Origin: Octopus vulgaris | Lineage: Eukaryota | DNA: 64,000 bases | NCBI GenBank assembly: GCA_951406725.2 | Contig: CATOCA020000001.1 | Location: forward strand, 7,440,001 to 7,504,000 | Direction: 5' to 3' | Shown: piece after piece, positions 62,580 through 64,000 of the stretch | Layout: each line of letters starts with the position of its first letter | How positions within the stretch are numbered: position 1 is the stretch's first letter | Notes under the pieces: model-generated | The model's database searches: none | Told to the model about the DNA's origin: nothing | Seen by the model: the letters and a program-made list of their open reading frames with translations, nothing else | Position numbers and translations under genes: made by a program

Positions 62580-63736
62580 GTGTCTTATTGGTACTATTTT
62601 CTTTCAGATTATCTAACTTCTGGCCATAATTCTCAGAAACCTTTACCACCATGTTTGTCACATCTAAGGTCACATAGGAAATGGTTTACTCTTCGAGTTT
62701 TATAAAGGTGTTAACGCAAGTGCGGCAGCAAGATCTATTCAGAGCAGTTATGGGGATGATCTAGGGAATGAAAGAAGTTGCAGGAGGTGGTTTTCCCGTT
62801 TCCAAAGTGGTGGTTTCCCTTTGAAAGAAGAGTCAAAAGGGGGTCATTCAAAAAAACTTGATTCCAAAATGTTGAAAGCTCTTGTTTCTGAGAACTCTAC
62901 CGTTACCACTAGGGAACTTGCAGAACAGATGAACATGGCCCATACAATTGGGATACGCCAGGTAAAACACATTGGACAGGTTTCAATGGCTGGAAAATGG
63001 GTCCCTCAGGAGCTGTCTCCAGAGAATCAACAACAGCATGCTGCTTGTGGCCAATCATTGCTTTCGCGATACTTTCAAGCAACATATTTAGACAGGCTCG
63101 TTACATGTAATGAGAAGTGGATTCTTTACCATAATGTTAAACGCTGTCGTTATTGGACCAGTCGAGGAGGATGGCCAGTTCAACAACCGAGAGCAGGACA
63201 TCCTACAAAGAAGATCATGTTGAGTGTATGGTGGGATATTAAAGGAGTAATTCATTGTGAACTGTTGGTCAACAACCAAACAATTAATGCTTAGCTTTCC
63301 TGTGAGAAACTTCATCGTTTGAAAACAGTTCTGAGCCAAAAATCAAGTACCCTTGGTTAACAGAAGGGGTGTCATCTTCCATCATGACACAGCACGACTA
63401 ACGAAAACTCTCTTCGAAGAACTTGGTTGGAAAATACTGCCTCATCCTCCATATTCTCCTGACCTTGTTCCTTCTGATTACCATTCGTTCCGAGGACTAC
63501 AGAACTATTTTGATGGACTTAACCACCAGAGAAGAGATTGGAAATGAGTTGGATTCATATTTTCGTTCTAAACCTACAGAATTTTACAAGCGAGGCATTT
63601 ATGAGGTTTTTGAAAGCTGGAATAAGGTCATTGAAAGCAACTGAGACTGAATTAAGGAATAAATACTTCCATAGTCGTTGACTTATTCATCTTTACCTTA
63701 GATCTTTCAATCGGACATTACTTGTGCACCAACCCG
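62580..63736 (+). mobile_element. Defective mariner, duplicate of 47258-48513 lacking the left TIR
   Basis: Near-identical sequence with shared disabling lesions (e.g. INA*). Confidence 0.93.
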
Positions 63737-63806
63737 AAACCTACATACATATATATATGTATAAATGTATAAATGTATAAATGCCAATACAATTCTTGTT
63801 AACTAA

Positions 63807-63853
63807 CTTCCTGAAGATTTCTCTTGAATGAAACAGTTCTAGTCCTGTAGAAG
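63807..63853 (+). ncRNA. Type I hammerhead ribozyme motif (inverted copy of 44990-45040)
   Basis: cttc-CTGAAGA-tttctcttgaat-GAAACAG...CTGTA-gaag. Confidence 0.7.
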
Positions 63854-63938
63854 CTCCTTCTATATAATAAATTAATTTTACTCTGCTATGTATTGAGTAC
63901 CTTATTTACTGTGGTTAACCCCGAATCAACCCGGGACC

Positions 63939-63990
<52 letters not shown>

Positions 63991-64000
63991 CATACAGATA

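Overview
Eukaryotic, AT-rich, microsatellite- and transposon-dense genomic DNA, most likely octopus (inferred from the recurrent tRNA-derived SINE families and repeat landscape; not database-confirmed). One spliced host gene is supported on the minus strand: seven GT-AG coding exons (33178->5696) join into an uninterrupted 262-aa ankyrin-repeat protein whose 3' end is unresolved. The gene contains an ~10.3-kb internal tandem duplication bounded by multi-kb (ATC)n arrays. The duplicated 155-nt exons differ by about 13.5%, mostly non-synonymously and at ankyrin binding-surface positions, while the adjacent introns differ by about 1%. A second theme is a set of small (TA)n-embedded elements carrying type I hammerhead-ribozyme motifs: one intact in a 404-nt terminally redundant unit, one 30 nt downstream of a splice donor, and several degenerate. 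Penelope-like RT/GIY-YIG fragments are also present. The remainder is decayed mariner, LINE (CR1-, RTE-, R4/Dong- and HERO-like), gypsy-like and Helitron-like sequence, SINEs and satellites. Most long ORFs in the supplied track are microsatellite artefacts. All alignments, counts and folds were done by eye.
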